Notes: generated by a model not told the origin, from the sequence alone. Positions 36,868 to 46,692 are shown, numbered from the stretch's first letter. The stretch: 64,000 nt of DNA from Candidatus Krumholzibacteriia bacterium (GCA_036351155.1 JAZBOO010000280.1:6147-70146), one strand, 5' to 3'. Made by a program: numbers and translations.

Positions 36868-38135
36868 CCCGATTGCGATGGACCTTGCTGATTGCCGTGT
36901 TGTTGACCCTGGGCGGGTCGGGCGCAGCCCGGGCCCAGAGGTACCTGCTGGTGCCCATGGACCTGACCCAGAACAACCACCTGCGGGCGTACGGGCACGC
37001 CTTCCACACACTGCAGGCGGGGGACAAGGTCAACTGGCTGTTGAACTATCGCGGGGGCAGTTTTTTGATGGACGACACCCAGCGCGCCCGTCTCGATGCC
37101 CGCCTGCTGGGGGTGCGCTTCGAGGAGGTGGGCGAGGCGGATGTGGCCGCTATCCGGCAAATCGTCCAGCAGGAAAACATGGACGAGGTGCTGCTGGAAA
37201 CGCCGCCCCGCATTGCCGTGTACAGTCCGCCCAGCAAGCAACCCTGGGACGATGCGGTGACCCTGGCCCTGACCTATGCCGAGGTGCCCTACGATGTGAT
37301 CTACGACGAGGACATCATGGCCGGCCGCCTGGGTGACTACGACTGGCTGCACCTGCACCACGAGGATTTTTCGGGGCAGTACGGGAAGTTCTATGCCAGC
37401 TTCGGCTACGAGCCCTGGTACCTGGAACAGAAGCACCAGAGCGAGGAGATGGCGACCCGTCTGGGCTTCGACACGGTGTGGGAGCTGAAGCACGCGGTGG
37501 CCCAGACCATCCAGCAGTACGTGGACCAGGGCGGGTTCCTGTTCGCCATGTGCTCGGCCACCGACACCATCGAAATTGCTCTGGCCTGGCTGCACACCGA
37601 CATCGTGTCCGAACCCTTCGACAACACGCCCTATGACCTGGATTATCGCCGCAAGGTGGACTTCGAACAGACGTTCGGCCTGACCGATTTCAAGCTCGTG
37701 ACCAATCCGATGATGTATGAATTTTCGGATATCGACTCGAGCAACTACGCCCAGATGCGCGGCGCCGAGGCCGACTACTTCACCCTGTTCGCCTTTGCCG
37801 CCAAGTACGACCCGGTGCCGGCCATGCTTACCCAGAACCACGTCAACGTGATCAACGGATTTCTGGGACAAACCACCGGGTACTTCAAGAAGCACCTGAA
37901 GCGCTCGGTGATCGTTCTGGCTGCGGTGGAGGGCACGGACGAGGTCAAGTATATCCATGGCAAGCGGGGCATGGGCACCTGGACCTTTCTGGGCGGGCAC
38001 GACCCCGAAGATTACCAGCACCGGGTGGGTGATCCCCCCACCGATCTGGACCTGTATCCCACCAGCCCGGGATACCGTCTGATCCTCAACAATGTCCTTT
38101 TCCCGGCCGCCAAGAAGAAGCCGCAGAAGACTTGA
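36864..38135 (+). CDS. Secreted class I glutamine amidotransferase-like (ThuA/DUF4159-related) protein
   Basis: ATG overlaps the TPR gene stop (ATGA). Signal peptide MTRLRWTLLIAVLLTLGGSGAARA. DYDWLHLHHEDFSG...GGFLFAMCSATD resembles the GATase1-like core also seen in the 30447 protein. The ORF-track start at 36678 is an upstream artefact. Confidence 0.55.
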   Translation: MTRLRWTLLIAVLLTLGGSGAARAQRYLLVPMDLTQNNHLRAYGHAFHTLQAGDKVNWLLNYRGGSFLMDDTQRARLDARLLGVRFEEVGEADVAAIRQIVQQENMDEVLLETPPRIAVYSPPSKQPWDDAVTLALTYAEVPYDVIYDEDIMAGRLGDYDWLHLHHEDFSGQYGKFYASFGYEPWYLEQKHQSEEMATRLGFDTVWELKHAVAQTIQQYVDQGGFLFAMCSATDTIEIALAWLHTDIVSEPFDNTPYDLDYRRKVDFEQTFGLTDFKLVTNPMMYEFSDIDSSNYAQMRGAEADYFTLFAFAAKYDPVPAMLTQNHVNVINGFLGQTTGYFKKHLKRSVIVLAAVEGTDEVKYIHGKRGMGTWTFLGGHDPEDYQHRVGDPPTDLDLYPTSPGYRLILNNVLFPAAKKKPQKT

Positions 38136-38277
38136 TATTGTTGCCCGAGTTGGCCTTCTGGACATCGAGGATCAGTTTTCCTTGCTAACCTCTTGTAATC
38201 TGATAGGATTTACGGGTGATCCCATTCCGGATGGGACTGACCTGCCCCCTGAACAGGACGATCAAAGAGGAGGAAGC

Positions 38278-38463
38278 ATGGAGTACCCGAGTTGCAAGAA
38301 GTGCCAGGACGGGGTGCTGTTGCCTCTGAGTGATTACGGCCGTGATGGAGCGCCCATCCGCTTCAAGGCCTGGGTGTGCCACAACCCCGATTGCGGTTTC
38401 AGCATCCGCATCGACAACGGGGAAATCAGCCACGGCAAGGAATTGCGCCCCTCGGTGAAATAG
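38278..38463 (+). CDS. 61-aa zinc-ribbon mini-protein (CxxC...CxxxxC)
   Basis: Strong RBS GAGGAGGAAG precedes ATG 38278. MEYPSCKKCQDG...WVCHNPDCGF gives four Cys in two pairs. Confidence 0.6.
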   Translation: MEYPSCKKCQDGVLLPLSDYGRDGAPIRFKAWVCHNPDCGFSIRIDNGEISHGKELRPSVK

Positions 38464-38495
38464 GTCCGATCACCCGAAGCAGGAAGAATGATGGA

Positions 38496-39347
38496 TCACA
38501 AGGTGTGGCCGTCATCTTCCCGGGTTTGCGCCGCCATGCGGGCTTCCCACAGGAATTTTCCCACCGCCACCATCACCAGGAGAGACACAGCTGCCCAGAT
38601 GAATGTGCTCAGCTGCCAGGGCTGAGGCACCATATCGCGGGGCCCTTGCCGGACCATCAACACCAGCGAAATCCCGTTATGGATGGCGTGGCACAGCCAG
38701 CAGGCGGTCAACGACCGGGTGGCCTCCCAGACGAAGGCCAGGACCACGCCCACCCCGATCAGGCCGAACAGGATCCAGGCTTCCCCGTGCAGGATTCCGA
38801 AGACCAGTGAGGAAACTGCCGTGCCGGCCAGCGGGCCCCAGACGCTCGAGGCCAGGCGGTGCAACAGGCCGCGGAAGATGATCTCCTCGGCCAGGGGCGC
38901 CACCACCACCAGAGCCAGGAAGGCCAGGGCCAGTTCCAGGGGGCCCTCGGGCAGGTGGTCGTTCATGAAGGCGACCGATTCGGGGTGAGCCGGGGTCAGG
39001 CGCAGGGAGAGCTCGGCCAGGATGGAGGTGGGCACCAGCCCGGCCACCGCCAGCAGGCCGGTGGCGCCGAGGATGGTCCAGGGGGGCAGGTCCAGGGCAA
39101 AATCCCGCACCAGTTGCAGCTTGCGCAGACGCGCCACCGCCAGCAGAGGCAGGAACACCCCCAGCACCGCTCCGCCGAGGACGGGAATGGCCAGCCCGCC
39201 GAAGGTGCTGAACGCGGCAAACTGTCCGAAGAAATTCCCCGTCAAGACCAGGAAAAACAGGCCCAGGATCTCGGTCCGGGACCAGGATACCCACAGCCCG
39301 GCGGGGATGTCGCTGTCGGTCAAGCGGTTGTCACGGTTTTCGTTCAT
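38496..39347 (-). CDS. CPBP-family intramembrane metalloprotease (CAAX protease / Abi-like)
   Basis: EEIIFRG, FGILHG and HAIHN motifs within multiple TM helices. The start may instead be the upstream ATG at 39458. Confidence 0.75.
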   Translation of the reverse strand: MNENRDNRLTDSDIPAGLWVSWSRTEILGLFFLVLTGNFFGQFAAFSTFGGLAIPVLGGAVLGVFLPLLAVARLRKLQLVRDFALDLPPWTILGATGLLAVAGLVPTSILAELSLRLTPAHPESVAFMNDHLPEGPLELALAFLALVVVAPLAEEIIFRGLLHRLASSVWGPLAGTAVSSLVFGILHGEAWILFGLIGVGVVLAFVWEATRSLTACWLCHAIHNGISLVLMVRQGPRDMVPQPWQLSTFIWAAVSLLVMVAVGKFLWEARMAAQTREDDGHTL

Positions 39348-39480
39348 GGGACCAAGGTCGCTTGAAAACGGAGGTGGGGCAACCCATGTTTTCGGGCGAA
39401 CGGGTCGGACCATTTCTCCGACCATGGGGCCCGCAATGATCCGTGCATTGCCGGGCAAAAATGGTTAGACTGGTTTCCTC

Positions 39481-40251
39481 TTGCCAATCGATCTCCTGGG
39501 AAAGGGCTATTCCGTGGTGCAACCAGCGGACCGCAACATCGACACCGTCATATTCGACCTCGACAACACCTTGACCGACTTCATGAAGGCCAAGGAGAAC
39601 TCGGTGCGCGCGGCGGTGGACGCCATGATCGACGCCGGTCTTCCCCTGGGACGCCAGGAGGCGGTGGATCAGGTTTTTGCCATCTACAAGAATGTGGGGA
39701 TCGAGCACCAGCGCATCTTCGATCTTTTCCTGGAGAAAACGGTGGGCCGGGTGGACGACCGGATCCTGGCCGCCGCGGTGGTGGCGTACCGCAGGGCCCG
39801 GGGCGGGTCCCTGGTGCCCTATCCGCACGCCAAGTTCGTCCTGAACCGCCTGCTGAAGGAAGGGTACAAGCTGGCCGTGGTCAGCGACGCCCGCAGCTAC
39901 GAGGCCTGGTTGCGCCTGAATTACATCGGCCTGCAGCACACCTTCGACCTGGTGTTGACCTTCGATGAAACCGGGCACCACAAGCCCGACCCCACACCCT
40001 TCCTGATGGCTCTGGAAAAGCTGGATGCCAGGGCCGAGCGGACGGTGCTGATCGGGGACTGGGTGGAACGGGACATCCTGGGGGGACAGAATGCCGGACT
40101 GCACACCGTTTACGCCCGTTACGGAGACAAGTACAGCCAGTATGCCGACAAGGTGGACACGCCGGAAACCAAGCCGGATTTCGTGGTGGATGACCTGCTG
40201 CAGTTGCTCGATGTTCTGGACCAGCTGAATGGTAAGGAGACTCAGGGATGA
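39481..40251 (+). CDS. HAD-superfamily hydrolase (subfamily IA)
   Basis: VIFDLDNTL (motif I), VVSDA (II), K...GDW.ERD (III/IV). TTG start; an alternative GTG at 39514 lies after GAAAGGG. Confidence 0.8.
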   Translation: MPIDLLGKGYSVVQPADRNIDTVIFDLDNTLTDFMKAKENSVRAAVDAMIDAGLPLGRQEAVDQVFAIYKNVGIEHQRIFDLFLEKTVGRVDDRILAAAVVAYRRARGGSLVPYPHAKFVLNRLLKEGYKLAVVSDARSYEAWLRLNYIGLQHTFDLVLTFDETGHHKPDPTPFLMALEKLDARAERTVLIGDWVERDILGGQNAGLHTVYARYGDKYSQYADKVDTPETKPDFVVDDLLQLLDVLDQLNGKETQG

Positions 40252-41894
40252 GGGTGTGTACCGCCAGGGAAATGGGGGCCATCGACCGGGCCACCATCGC
40301 AGCCGGAACTCCGGGCCGCGAACTCATGGAGCGCGCGGGGCAGGCCATGGCCGAGGTCTGCTGGGATTACCTGGAGGAACTGGATTCTCTGGGCCTGACC
40401 ACCTTTCCCGAGGACGCCAGCGAAGCCCCCCATGTCCTGGTTCTTTGCGGCAAGGGCAACAACGGGGGAGACGGGTTGGTTCTGGCCCGGCTCATGCACC
40501 TCGAAGGCGCCGAGGTCACGGTGATGATGCTGGCCGGACGCAACGACCTGACACCCGACACCGGGGTGAACTTCGATCTGCTGCCCCAGGGCGTGACCAT
40601 TGTCCACGCCGCCGGGCCCCAGTGGGCCTGTACCGTGGAACAGCTGGCCGAGCGGGCCGATGTGATGGTCGATGCGATCTTCGGGACGGGCATCAAACCG
40701 CCCCTGCGCACGCATCATGTCGACCTGATCCGGGCCATCAATGACACCGGCCTACCTTGCCTGGCCCTGGACATCCCCTCCGGGGTGTGCGGCGATGATG
40801 GAACGGTGGATCCGGTCGCGGTGGCCGCTGATCTGACGGTGACGGTGGGATTGCCCAAGCGCGGGCTGCTGTTCCGGCCCGGCCGCGATTTCACCGGAGA
40901 TGTTTCGGTGGTGGATATCGGCTTTGCCGCCGCCACCTGCCAGGAGCACACCGCCGATCATCAGTATCTGCTGCGGAACGATTACCTGGAGCTACTTCCT
41001 CCCCGCTTTCCCAGCGGGCACAAGTACACCCACGGCACTCTGGCCATTCTGGCCGGGTCGCGCCGCTTCGGTGGAGCGGCCCATCTGACCGGCCTGGGCG
41101 CCCTGCGCTCGGGAGTGGGACTGGTCACCCTGGCGGCCCCTCACAGTCTGGAAGTTCCCCTGCGGACAGGCCTGCCCGACCTCCTGACCATGCCTCTGGC
41201 CGAGACCGAGGCCGGGACCATCGCACCGCTGGACGACAGCATCTTGCAGGCCCTGTGGGCCAGGCAACGAGCCTGGGCGGTGGGGCCCGGGCTGGACAGT
41301 CATCCGGAGACCGACCGCTGGGTGGTCGAGACCCTGGCCGCCGGCACCTTGCCCGTGGTGGTGGATGCCGATGGTCTGGGGGCCTTTGCCCGGCGGGAAG
41401 TGGTGCCGAAGTTCGGGGCCACCGAGGTGGTGCTGACACCTCACGCGGCGGAACTGGCGCGCCTGATCGGGTGCTCGGCCGCCGAGGTCGAGTCCCGCAA
41501 GCTCGAGCTGGTGCCGGAGCTGGCCCGGCGCTGGAACGTGGTCCTGTTGCTGAAGGGGTCGACCACCCTGATCGCCGGCCCCGAGGGGACGCTGTATTTC
41601 AACACCACCGGCGATGATGCCCTGGCCAGGGGCGGTTCCGGCGATATCTTGACGGGGCTGATCGGCGGGTTGCTGGGCCAGGGAATGTCCGCCCTCGAGG
41701 CCGCTCTGCTGGGGGCATACGTCCACGGGCTGGCCGGTAGCTTGGCCGCTCAGGGGCGGAGCACCCGGGCAGTCCGGGTGACCGAGATTGCCGAAGCCAT
41801 GGGCCCGGTATTCGAAGACATGGAAAAAGAGGCCAGCGGGTCCGCCCGTCTGCGCGAGCGCATCTGGCCCGTGACCTCCGGAGACACCACATGA
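40248..41894 (+). CDS. nnr: Bifunctional NAD(P)H-hydrate repair enzyme Nnr (YjeF-N epimerase plus carbohydrate-kinase-like dehydratase)
   Basis: GKGNNGGDGLVLAR (YjeF_N), C-terminal GGSGDILTGLIGGLLGQG (dehydratase). Confidence 0.88.
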   Translation: MRVCTAREMGAIDRATIAAGTPGRELMERAGQAMAEVCWDYLEELDSLGLTTFPEDASEAPHVLVLCGKGNNGGDGLVLARLMHLEGAEVTVMMLAGRNDLTPDTGVNFDLLPQGVTIVHAAGPQWACTVEQLAERADVMVDAIFGTGIKPPLRTHHVDLIRAINDTGLPCLALDIPSGVCGDDGTVDPVAVAADLTVTVGLPKRGLLFRPGRDFTGDVSVVDIGFAAATCQEHTADHQYLLRNDYLELLPPRFPSGHKYTHGTLAILAGSRRFGGAAHLTGLGALRSGVGLVTLAAPHSLEVPLRTGLPDLLTMPLAETEAGTIAPLDDSILQALWARQRAWAVGPGLDSHPETDRWVVETLAAGTLPVVVDADGLGAFARREVVPKFGATEVVLTPHAAELARLIGCSAAEVESRKLELVPELARRWNVVLLLKGSTTLIAGPEGTLYFNTTGDDALARGGSGDILTGLIGGLLGQGMSALEAALLGAYVHGLAGSLAAQGRSTRAVRVTEIAEAMGPVFEDMEKEASGSARLRERIWPVTSGDTT

Positions 41895-42901
41895 AGATCC
41901 TGGGCATCGAAACCTCCTGCGACGACACCAGCGTGGCCCTTTTCGACAGCGAAGGCGGAGTGGCGGAAAATCTGGTCTCCTCCCAGGTGGACCTGCACAA
42001 CCATTTCGGCGGTGTGGTTCCGGAACTGGCCAGCCGGGCCCATCTGGTCAACCTGCTGCCCCTGGTGCAGATGTTGATGGACCGGCAAAAGCTGGCCCTG
42101 GACGACCTGGATGGGGTGGCGGTCACGGCGGGACCGGGGCTCATCGGGGCCCTGCTGGTGGGATTGTCCACGGGCAAGGCGGTGGCCATGGCGGCCGACC
42201 TGCCCCTGGTGGGAGTGCACCATATCGAGGGGCACATCCTGGCCAACGCGCTGACGCAGGAAATGCAATTGCCCGCGGTGGTGCTGGTGGTTTCGGGCGG
42301 TCACACCGAGGTGATCCACATGCCCGAGGTGGGACGCTACGAGCGGCTGGGCGCCACCCTGGACGATGCCGCCGGCGAAGCCTTCGACAAGACGGCCAAG
42401 ATCCTGGGCTTGCCATACCCGGGAGGGCCGCACATCGACCGGCTGGCCAAGCAGGGCCACCCCGGGCGCCACAGCTTTCCTCGCCCCCTGCTCAAGGACA
42501 AGCGGGTGGTGTTCAGCTTCAGCGGGCTGAAAACGGCGGCCCGCCTGGCGGTGGAAGGATTACCTCGCCCCCTGATGGACCAGGATGTGGCCGATGTCTG
42601 CTACGAGGTGCAGGAGGCCATCGTGGACTCACTGTGCGCCAAGCTGTTCATGGCCGCCCGCCGGAAGAAGGTGGGCGCCGTTTATCTGGCCGGGGGCGTG
42701 GCGGCCAACGGGCGCTTGCGTGAGCGCGTGGCCACCGAGGCCCAGAAACGCGGACTGCACTTTGTCCCGCCGGAACGCGTGTATTGCACCGACAACGCGG
42801 CCATGATTGCCTACGCCGGCTGGCAGCATTTCCAGCATGGCAGACAGGATGGTCTGGACCTGGATTCGTTCCCCCGGGGTTCCCTCTCTTCCTGGCGGTG
42901 A
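41891..42901 (+). CDS. tsaD: tRNA N6-adenosine threonylcarbamoyltransferase TsaD
   Basis: MKILGIETSCDDTSVAL, His-His metal motif (HIEGH), GVAANGRLR. Overlaps the nnr stop. Confidence 0.9.
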   Translation: MKILGIETSCDDTSVALFDSEGGVAENLVSSQVDLHNHFGGVVPELASRAHLVNLLPLVQMLMDRQKLALDDLDGVAVTAGPGLIGALLVGLSTGKAVAMAADLPLVGVHHIEGHILANALTQEMQLPAVVLVVSGGHTEVIHMPEVGRYERLGATLDDAAGEAFDKTAKILGLPYPGGPHIDRLAKQGHPGRHSFPRPLLKDKRVVFSFSGLKTAARLAVEGLPRPLMDQDVADVCYEVQEAIVDSLCAKLFMAARRKKVGAVYLAGGVAANGRLRERVATEAQKRGLHFVPPERVYCTDNAAMIAYAGWQHFQHGRQDGLDLDSFPRGSLSSWR

Positions 42902-43032
42902 CCTGTGTTCCCCGCCGAACAAAAAAACCTGCCTGAATAAGCCTCTCCTGGCATGTCCTTTGCCTGTTTTGCCTGACATATTCCACGTTCCCGGGGGACC
43001 GGGGGCCAAGCAAGCGCATCAAAAGGAAACAA

Positions 43033-44031
43033 ATGTCAGGAAACGCACGCATCCTGGTCGCGGATGACGAGCCGCATATCCGTCGCATTCTGCAGTTTCT
43101 GCTGGAGAATGAGGGGTTTGAGGTCTATCTGGCCGAAGACGGCAGTCAGGCCTGGGAAGCGGTGCGTTCATTTCAGCCGGATCTGGTCCTCCTGGATGTG
43201 ATGATGCCACGGATGGATGGTTTTGCAGTACTGGACGAGATTCGTGCCGGTTACGAAACCGCCACCCTGCCGGTGATCATGTTGACGGCCAAGGGCGAAT
43301 CGGTGGACAAGGTGCGGGGCCTCAAGGGTGGGGCCAACGACTACGTCATCAAGCCCTTCAATCACGATGAATTGTTGTTGCGGGTGGGAAACCTGCTGGA
43401 AGTGACCCGGCGCGAGCGCGAGGCCAATCCCCTGACGGGTCTCCCCGGAAACCGTTCCATCGAGCGGGAAACCCTGAGGCGCATCAGCTCGAAGGATCCT
43501 TTCGGGTTCATGTACATCGATATCGATCGATTCAAGAGTTTCAACGACTACTATGGCTATTCCCGGGGCGACCACGCCATCAGCTATCTGGCGGGAGTGC
43601 TGGTCAGCTGTTCCCGTCGGTTCGGCACCGGAGACGATTTCGTGGGCCACGTGGGAGGCGACGACTTCGTCCTGATCACCTCCAGCACCAAGGCGGAGGC
43701 GCTGGCGCGCAAGATCATCGAGGAATTCGACGAGGGTATTGCCGGCCTGCACGACGTGGAGGACTACCGGCGGGGGTACCTGGAGGTGGAAAGCCGAGCG
43801 GGGGAAGTGGAGCAGTTCCCCTTGATCACCCTGACGGTGGCTCTGGTGAACAATGCCGAGGGCCGGTTCCGTCATCCCGCCGAGATCAGCGACACCATGG
43901 TGGAGCTGAAGAAGTACGGCAAGACCATGGCCAGCAGTGTCCTGGTCAGGGAGCGCCGGAATCGCCAGGGTGAAGAGGAGTTCGTGGCCACGGGTGTGAA
44001 AACGCGTGGAGAGGGACCCGATCATGAATAG
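43033..44031 (+). CDS. Response regulator with receiver domain plus GGDEF-type domain carrying a variant GGDDF motif
   Basis: ILVADDE...LLDVMMP...KPF receiver. GGDEF-domain blocks TGLPGNR, DIDRFKSFND and GHVGGDDFVLI. Confidence 0.85.
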   Translation: MSGNARILVADDEPHIRRILQFLLENEGFEVYLAEDGSQAWEAVRSFQPDLVLLDVMMPRMDGFAVLDEIRAGYETATLPVIMLTAKGESVDKVRGLKGGANDYVIKPFNHDELLLRVGNLLEVTRREREANPLTGLPGNRSIERETLRRISSKDPFGFMYIDIDRFKSFNDYYGYSRGDHAISYLAGVLVSCSRRFGTGDDFVGHVGGDDFVLITSSTKAEALARKIIEEFDEGIAGLHDVEDYRRGYLEVESRAGEVEQFPLITLTVALVNNAEGRFRHPAEISDTMVELKKYGKTMASSVLVRERRNRQGEEEFVATGVKTRGEGPDHE

Positions 44032-46285
44032 AACCGACCCGCGCCAGATCGGCAGTCAGGGACTGGAGCAGACGGGCTGGAGTGAGCTGGCCTGGCAGGA
44101 TCACTTGCCGGACCTGGAAGAATTTTTGCGCCTGGTGGCCGTGCGGAGTTTGGCTCTGGCGCCCGGAGGAGTGACAGCCATCGGGGTGCCCCCCGTGGGG
44201 ATCTCCTATCTGGCCCCTCTGCACCATCAGCTGACGGGACTGGCCTGTCGTCTTGCCCGCAAGAGTGGTCAGCCGGGCTGGGATGCCTGGCCCGCCGCCT
44301 GGACCAAGGGAACCTTCGGTGCCCACGGTGAACAGGGTGCGGGCACGGGACCCTGGCCTGATTACTGGGCCTTGCCGGTGACTCCCGTCGAAGGGTGGGC
44401 CTGGCGAGAAGAGCGACTGCAGGTTGATGGCGCGACCCTGATGACCATCCTGGTCCTGTTCCCCGAGGATGAAGGGATGCAGGATGAGGTGAAAAGCGGT
44501 CTGGCCAGCCTCGGGTCCGAACTGGTGGTTCTGCTGCGCATGTGGGTGGCGGCGCGACGGGCTCAGGCCCAGCTGTCCCGCCTGAGCACCGAGAACCAGG
44601 CCCTGACCCGGCTCAATGTTCTGCAGGAAAAAGCGGTGGCCCGGGCCAGCCATGAATTCAAGACCCCGTTGACTTCGATCACCGCCTACACCGATGCCCT
44701 GCGGGAACAGATCACCGATGACGATTTCCCTCATGCCACGGAATTTCTGGACGTGATCCGGTCCGAGGCCGGACGGTTGCTGAGACTGGTCAACCGGATC
44801 AGCGATCAATCCCGCCTGAACGCCGGTCTGGAACTGCTGGAAGCGGTGCCCACGGAACTTCCGGACCTGATCGAGGGGGCGGCCTCTGCCCTGGGTCCCA
44901 GCCTGGCGGAAAAGAACCTCCACCTGACCACCGACTTTGCCCCCCACCTGCCCCCGGTGATGGCGGACGCCGATCTGGTGCGGCAGGTTCTGGTCAACCT
45001 GATGGGCAATGCGGTCAAGTACACGCCGAAGGGCGGCAACATCGAAGTGGTGGTGAGCGAACGCGAGGCCACCGTCAGGATCAGCATCAACGACACCGGC
45101 GTGGGGATTGCCGAAGAGGAACTCCAGCGTATCTTCCGTGAATTCTACCGCACGCGCGAACAGGCCGCCCTGCACGAGGGAACCGGGCTGGGACTGGCCA
45201 TTGTCCGCAGCATCGTGAATCTGCACGGTGGCTTCGTGACCGCCCGCCGTCGCCAGCCGGCCGGCACCAGCTTTGCCGTGCACTTGCCCAAGGAAATCCA
45301 CGCGCCGCATCCCTTGCCTCTGGCCTATACCTCGCGTGTGGACCGGGACCAGGCCTGGCGTCTGGTGAGCACGGTGTGCCGCCTGGCCGCCGAGTTGACC
45401 GGAAGCATGTCCGTGGAAATCCAGTTGCCCGACGCGGAAGGCCGGCCGGTGACGGTGGCCTCCATGGGGCATGGTCATTCTGGCGGAGAGAGCCCCTGGC
45501 TGACCCAGGATCTGGGCCAGGGCGGGGGGGCCTGCGGTCGGCTGCGGGTGGGATCGCCGCGAGAAGGTCAAGGCTACGATCAGGCCCGGGAGAAACAGCT
45601 GGCGGTGATTGCCGAAACCGCCGCCCTGGCCTTGCGCAGTCTGCTGCCGGAAGGTGCCGAGGGATCGGACACTTCCTCCAGCACTCTGGTGGCCAAGGTG
45701 GCCGAGGCGGTCCAGGCCATCCTGCAGATCCGGCGGTCCGGGGTCCCCACCTCGACGGCCGAGGCTCTGGATCTGATGGAGAAGCTGGGCCAGGCCATGA
45801 AGCTCTCCCCCGAGGTCATCCGCCGCCTCTGTTACGCCGCTCTGGTCCATGATGCGGGCATGGCCCGGGTCGAGGTGGAAATCGTGATGGGCACCTCGGC
45901 CCTGTCCTGGGATCAACGCGACGAGGTGGAACGCCACGTGGAGCAGGGCCTGGAATTGATGGCTCCGTTGCTGCCGGATCCGGAAACCCGTTCCTGCATT
46001 GCGCATCATCATGAACGATTTGACGGCCAGGGTTACCCCGCGGGCCTCAAGGGTGAAGATATTCCTCTGGGAGCACGCCTTCTGGCGGTCATCGACACCT
46101 GGTTTGCTCTGACGCGTGAGCGTCCCTATCGCCCCTGCCTGTCTCCGGAAGAGGCCTGGCAGGAAATGGAAAAACATAGCGGAAGCCAGTTCGACGCCGC
46201 CGTCGTCCGCGCTTTCGGAGACGTGCTGGCGAGCGAGGGAATCATCCCCGGATTTCCCGCTCCAACCCACCAAGACCGGGGCTGA
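44024..46285 (+). CDS. Cytoplasmic histidine kinase fused to GAF-like and HD-GYP domains
   Basis: ASHEFKTPLTSI (H-box), NAVKYT / GTGLGLAIV (HATPase), then LVHDAGM ... HHHERFDGQGYP (HD-GYP). Start ambiguous: ATG 44006 or 44024, both overlapping the upstream gene end. Confidence 0.82.
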   Translation: MNRTDPRQIGSQGLEQTGWSELAWQDHLPDLEEFLRLVAVRSLALAPGGVTAIGVPPVGISYLAPLHHQLTGLACRLARKSGQPGWDAWPAAWTKGTFGAHGEQGAGTGPWPDYWALPVTPVEGWAWREERLQVDGATLMTILVLFPEDEGMQDEVKSGLASLGSELVVLLRMWVAARRAQAQLSRLSTENQALTRLNVLQEKAVARASHEFKTPLTSITAYTDALREQITDDDFPHATEFLDVIRSEAGRLLRLVNRISDQSRLNAGLELLEAVPTELPDLIEGAASALGPSLAEKNLHLTTDFAPHLPPVMADADLVRQVLVNLMGNAVKYTPKGGNIEVVVSEREATVRISINDTGVGIAEEELQRIFREFYRTREQAALHEGTGLGLAIVRSIVNLHGGFVTARRRQPAGTSFAVHLPKEIHAPHPLPLAYTSRVDRDQAWRLVSTVCRLAAELTGSMSVEIQLPDAEGRPVTVASMGHGHSGGESPWLTQDLGQGGGACGRLRVGSPREGQGYDQAREKQLAVIAETAALALRSLLPEGAEGSDTSSSTLVAKVAEAVQAILQIRRSGVPTSTAEALDLMEKLGQAMKLSPEVIRRLCYAALVHDAGMARVEVEIVMGTSALSWDQRDEVERHVEQGLELMAPLLPDPETRSCIAHHHERFDGQGYPAGLKGEDIPLGARLLAVIDTWFALTRERPYRPCLSPEEAWQEMEKHSGSQFDAAVVRAFGDVLASEGIIPGFPAPTHQDRG

Positions 46286-46296
46286 AAGAGGTTGTC

Positions 46297-46686
46297 ATGA
46301 TCGACTCGGCCAGGATTCTCATCGTGGATGACGAGAAGCCCATCGCCACGTTGCTGGCACAGACCTTCGAGCAGGAAGGGCATCAGGTGGCGAGCGCCCA
46401 CGACGGGATCGACTGCATGAACAAGATGGCCAGCTTCCGGCCCGACGTGGTGATCATGGACATCATGATGCCCAAGCTGGACGGCATCGACACCACCAAG
46501 CTGATCCGACGCAATCAGAGCTACGCGGGGACCATCATCGTGGCGCTGTCGGCCAAGGCCGATGAAGACACCCGCCACAAGATGAAGGACGTGGGAGCCA
46601 ACCTGTTCATGCGCAAGCCGTTTTCCATCGCCAAGCTGGTTGCCCGCGTGTCTCACATGCTGGAAACCCGATCGCAATCGAGGTAG
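46297..46686 (+). CDS. Single-domain response regulator (CheY-like)
   Basis: ILIVDDE, D..IMDIMMP, LSAK, KPF. Confidence 0.88.
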   Translation: MIDSARILIVDDEKPIATLLAQTFEQEGHQVASAHDGIDCMNKMASFRPDVVIMDIMMPKLDGIDTTKLIRRNQSYAGTIIVALSAKADEDTRHKMKDVGANLFMRKPFSIAKLVARVSHMLETRSQSR

Positions 46687-46692
46687 CCAGGG

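Noticed and set aside
38092-38277. Upstream extension of the zinc-ribbon ORF overlapping the end of the 36864 gene
   Set aside because: A strong RBS immediately precedes the internal ATG at 38278. The extension overlaps the preceding CDS in another frame.
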